Shown: in pieces, positions 26,765 through 26,993 of the stretch
Layout: every line of letters starts with the position of its first letter
Position numbering within the stretch: the stretch's first letter is position 1
Origin: a virus
Taxonomy: Duplodnaviria; Caudoviricetes
Direction: 5' to 3' (one strand)
Virus record (IMG/VR): IMGVR_UViG_3300030372_003023
Coordinates: 1-26,993 of that record
Length of the DNA stretch: 26,993 nt
Position numbers and translations under genes: made by a program
Notes under the pieces: model-generated
Seen by the model: the letters and a program-made list of their open reading frames with translations, nothing else
Told to the model about the DNA's origin: nothing
The model's database searches: none

Positions 26765-26824
26765 GTAATAGATACCGTTACGTTAATAACGGTATTTCGG
26801 TTATTAAAACCTCGTCAGTATTAC
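26765..26824 (-). ncRNA. Type I hammerhead ribozyme HHR10
   Basis: GUAAUA CUGACGA GGUU-UUAAU-AACC GAA AUACCGUUA-UUAACG-UAACGGUAU C^UAUUAC; AUC triplet, cut 26771/26770. Confidence 0.95.
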
Positions 26825-26991
26825 TTGGTATACAACTTATTTTCTATTTCGAACGTTTCCAATCTACTAATAATAAGTTTTTCAAAGTCACCTTCTGCAA
26901 AATTAATCACAGTCATATAACAGAAAACATCTAAATCGTCAATTAACTCAACGCCTGCTTTCGTCAACATAATAAAAAATTCATTCATTAA
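26821..26991 (-). CDS. 3' part of hypothetical protein (open at window edge)
   Basis: ...LMNEFFIMLTKAGVELIDDLDVFCYMTVINFAEGDFEKLIISRLETFEIENKLYTK*; TAA in stem I of HHR10. Confidence 0.65.
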   Translation of the reverse strand, partial: LMNEFFIMLTKAGVELIDDLDVFCYMTVINFAEGDFEKLIISRLETFEIENKLYTK

Positions 26992-26993
26992 AG

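Noticed and set aside
22691-26824. Repeats as a CRISPR array, attC sites or terminators
   Set aside because: Spacers are whole genes of very different lengths, there is no cas or integrase gene, no U tracts follow the hairpins, and the conserved unpaired bases match the hammerhead core exactly
22775-26920. Plus-strand ORFs (22775, 24645, 25131, 25458, 26259, 26732)
   Set aside because: Antisense shadows of SD-supported minus-strand genes and ribozymes, with no RBS or recognisable motifs

Overview
About 27 kb of an AT-rich tailed dsDNA phage genome with a podovirus-like (P22-type tail/ejection) gene order, resembling marine phages. 1-15132 (+) is a late/virion module: Ig-like and lectin/SPRY tail-fibre proteins, tail hub, ejection proteins, holin-like and small basic proteins, secreted proteins and a TerS-like gene. 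15107-17972 (-) is a recombination module (Sak-type annealase, YqaJ/lambda-type exonuclease, SSB-like, wHTH). After a very AT-rich divergent intergenic region, 18159-22184 (+) holds replication/modification genes (initiator-like, HNH/Ref-like, PLP enzyme, amino-methyltransferase, Q-like regulator). Main finding: 22278-26993 (-) is a cluster of early-type genes in which every gene junction carries a complete type I hammerhead ribozyme. There are ten copies with the invariant CUGA(U/C)GA/GAAA/NUH core and covarying stems I-III. Each is predicted to cut 19-27 nt upstream of the next start codon, just 5' of a strong Shine-Dalgarno, and six overlap the upstream stop codon. This suggests a self-processing polycistronic mRNA. 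Protein family calls come from recognised motifs and synteny, not from database searches.
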